A DNA stretch of 64,000 nt from Mustelus asterias (Eukaryota), in assembly GCF_964213995.1 (NCBI RefSeq), contig NC_135803.1, positions 54,374,001 to 54,438,000 on the forward strand. The letters run 5' to 3'. The number at the start of each line of letters is the position of its first letter. Position 1 is the first letter of the stretch. The notes beneath the pieces were generated by a model. That model saw nothing but the letters and a program-made list of their open reading frames with translations, had not been told where the DNA came from and searched no databases. Position numbers and translations under genes: made by a program. This document shows positions 61,611 to 64,000 of this stretch, piece by piece.

Positions 61611-63309
61611 AAGAAACATAAAACTCACCAATTACCTACCTGCATACCTAATTAAAGCCTATTGGCATCAACTCTCAGTTCTTGCTATCTCTGGCTCCCT
61701 CTCTTGGACCACTCCTGTTTGTAAAAGGCCAGAACAGCACTTCCTCCCTCACTGTACCAAATTCCTTCACCTACCAAATTCCCAGATTCAAGTGCTTGAT
61801 CAGCTGCACTCAATTTCCAGCTGCCACTTTCGTGGACTTGCATCCGATTAACACAAAATCATCTAAATCCAAAACAAAAATAGAAAACATTGGAAACACT
61901 CAGCAAGTTAATTAGCAGTTGTGGAAATAATAAACAAGTTCATGGAGACAAAATAGGAAAATTAGAAAAAGTACAGATAAGCGGGAGTTATAAAGAAACA
62001 GAACAAAGGGGAGAATAACATGATCATACAGCACAGAAGCCCATTTGGCCAATTATATCTGTGTCATGGTTTGAAAGAACTATCCAATTAGCCCCACTTT
62101 CTTGTTCATTGCTCAGAACCTGGCATGTTGTATTACCAAGTATAATGAGAATAGAAACAGGCACGTGAATGGCCTACAAAGTTCATGCATGGAAAGCAGA
62201 AGATGTTCAAATGGCTGAAGTGAAATTAATATGAGTCAATAGGAAGCATAATTGAGAGAAATTAAATGCATTTAAGAGACACAGAAAATGTATGAGTTGC
62301 TAAGGGAGCGAGACGTAAGACAATGAGAAATAGAGAGAAAAGCTGCAAACTGGAAGGAGCATTAGCCCAGGGCCCGAGAGAGGATGCTAATCACGGAGCC
62401 CATGCCTCATGGAGGCCCAGGTTTATTGGCTGTAGCATGTCAATCTGATAGTCAATGTCTAAAGCAGCTAATATGGTGTAGACCCATCCCAATTGACAGG
62501 CTAAATGACCAATGATTTCTGGTATTCTGAACAACAGTAATCTCTGGCCAAGTAGTCGGATGTGCCAGATTCCCCAGACCCTCCTTGCCTATCTCGTGGT
62601 TTGGGAATTGTCGTTGTTCAGGTGCTGTTTTGTTAATCTTCATTCTTCTTTCTTCAAACCTGACTGCTGGAGCACAAGGTCGGAAGTACCTAGTGCCTCA
62701 CATCTTCTACTCTTCCCGACCCTCCTACCTTGACGATTGTGGGTCCTAACCCCTGGGCCGGGTCCTTCTCAATCCCCTCCAGTCACTACTCGGTGTTAAT
62801 TTAGAGTTCCACCATATTGTCATATCCTGTGAAAAATCCTGCAGCTCCATCGATTAATATCATGATATATATATTATTCCTGACAAATAATTGATGACTG
62901 TCTGGGTATCAGAATGTGCAGCCTGTTTCTGTATCCCCGGTTCATTTTCACTGCGACCTGGCTTGGGATCCTCTGATGGCACACCCTGCTGCTCCCTAAT
63001 TCAGTGATCATGAGACCTTGGGGATAGAATCTGTATTTCTAGTCTCCGGTCAGGATTATGGTGTCAGGGCCTTGACAACATAAGGTGGAATTCTAATGAT
63101 GGGGACAATGCCAGTGTCGGCAGGTTCTTACATTGTTACTGAATCCCAGGGGAACGTCCTGGAATCCTTAACCAGAACAGGTACTGGATCAGCAGGCAGA
63201 GGGCATGGAGATTATATCAGGGTCCTTAGCAACTTTCATCTCCAATACAGGTTCAGACTTTACCTCCTCCACTGGTGGCTCTGGTTCTGTTTCTGAATGT
63301 GTTCTACCA

Positions 63310-63593
63310 AGTAAAGTTTATTTATTAGTTACAAGTAAGGCTTACATTAACACTGCAATGAAGTTACTGTGACATTCCCCTAGTCGCCACAGTCCGGGGC
63401 CTGTTCGGGTCAATGCACTTAACCAGCACGTCTTTCAGAATGTGGGAGGAAACCAGAGCACCTGGAGGAAACCCGCAAAAACACGGGGAGAATATGCGAA
63501 TTCCTCAGAGACAGTGACCCAAGCCATGAATCGAGCCTGGGTCCCTGGCACTGTGAAGCAGCAGTACTAACCACTGTGCTACTGTACCGCCCC
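63310..63593 (-). mobile_element. HE1-type V-SINE, tail B
   Basis: TTTATTTATTAGTTACAAGTAAGGCTTACATTAACACTGCAATGAAGTTACTGTG...GTGCTACTGTACCGCCCC. Confidence 0.92.
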
Positions 63594-64000
63594 GTAGGGT
63601 TCCATGTTTCCTCCTGATCACAGTCCTCCCTTGATGAGTGAATGTGAGTGTATGTGAGGGAAAATGAAAACACAAACACACAGACATACACCCACCAACA
63701 ACTTATCCACACACAGATGGGAAGAGGCGGAAAACCTTGGCTGAAAGGCAAGTCACTTCCCACCCTGATTTTCATATGAATCCTGCCAACATCAGCTCAG
63801 AGTATGCACCGCCAAACACAAACACAAGGTCAGTGTCATTTTAACCCATGTTCACTGTTCAGACCTGTTCTCCTTGCACCTCCCTGGTGACTGGGACTTG
63901 GGGCTTAGTCTGTCTCTCTCTAATTCTGCTTCTTAAATGAAAAGGCAAACAGGTTCTTTTAGTTAGCTCTGCTGCCTGGCATTTTTTAATGGTTACTTTT

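Noticed and set aside
60622-61851. Long ORFs of 228 aa and 175 aa
   Set aside because: They lie largely within a C-rich non-autonomous element; low complexity, no recognisable domain or splice structure.
62350-63300. GC-richer segment, possibly a retroelement fragment
   Set aside because: I could not find termini, a TSD or a diagnostic protein motif, so it is left unannotated.

Overview
Eukaryotic, AT-rich, repeat-dense DNA. It is almost certainly from a shark/elasmobranch genome, inferred from about 15 HE1/V-SINE-type tRNA-derived SINEs, Deu-domain SacSINE1-like SINEs and shark-type CR1/L2 LINE relics. I could not identify any intact host protein-coding gene, so the window looks like a large intron or intergenic region. 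Nearly all ORFs in the track are translated repeats. Contents: HE1-type SINEs with two alternative 3' tails; CR1, L2, Tx1-like and RTE LINE fragments (one young 1.55-kb RTE RT segment); two decayed two-gene PIF/Harbinger transposons (transposase plus Myb/SANT) and related MITE-like elements; four solo-LTR-like elements; and a 5S rRNA pseudogene fused to a SINE. The most notable items are four 165-235 bp TSD-flanked hairpin insertions, three of which retain a minimal hammerhead-ribozyme core in some form (Penelope-derived, retrozyme-like), a second hammerhead-bearing repeat family, the 5S-HE1 chimera, a 169-bp near-perfect inverted duplication 2.7 kb apart, and a candidate 54-nt cassette exon. 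Family names come from motif recognition by eye, not from database searches. Boundaries of old repeats are approximate.
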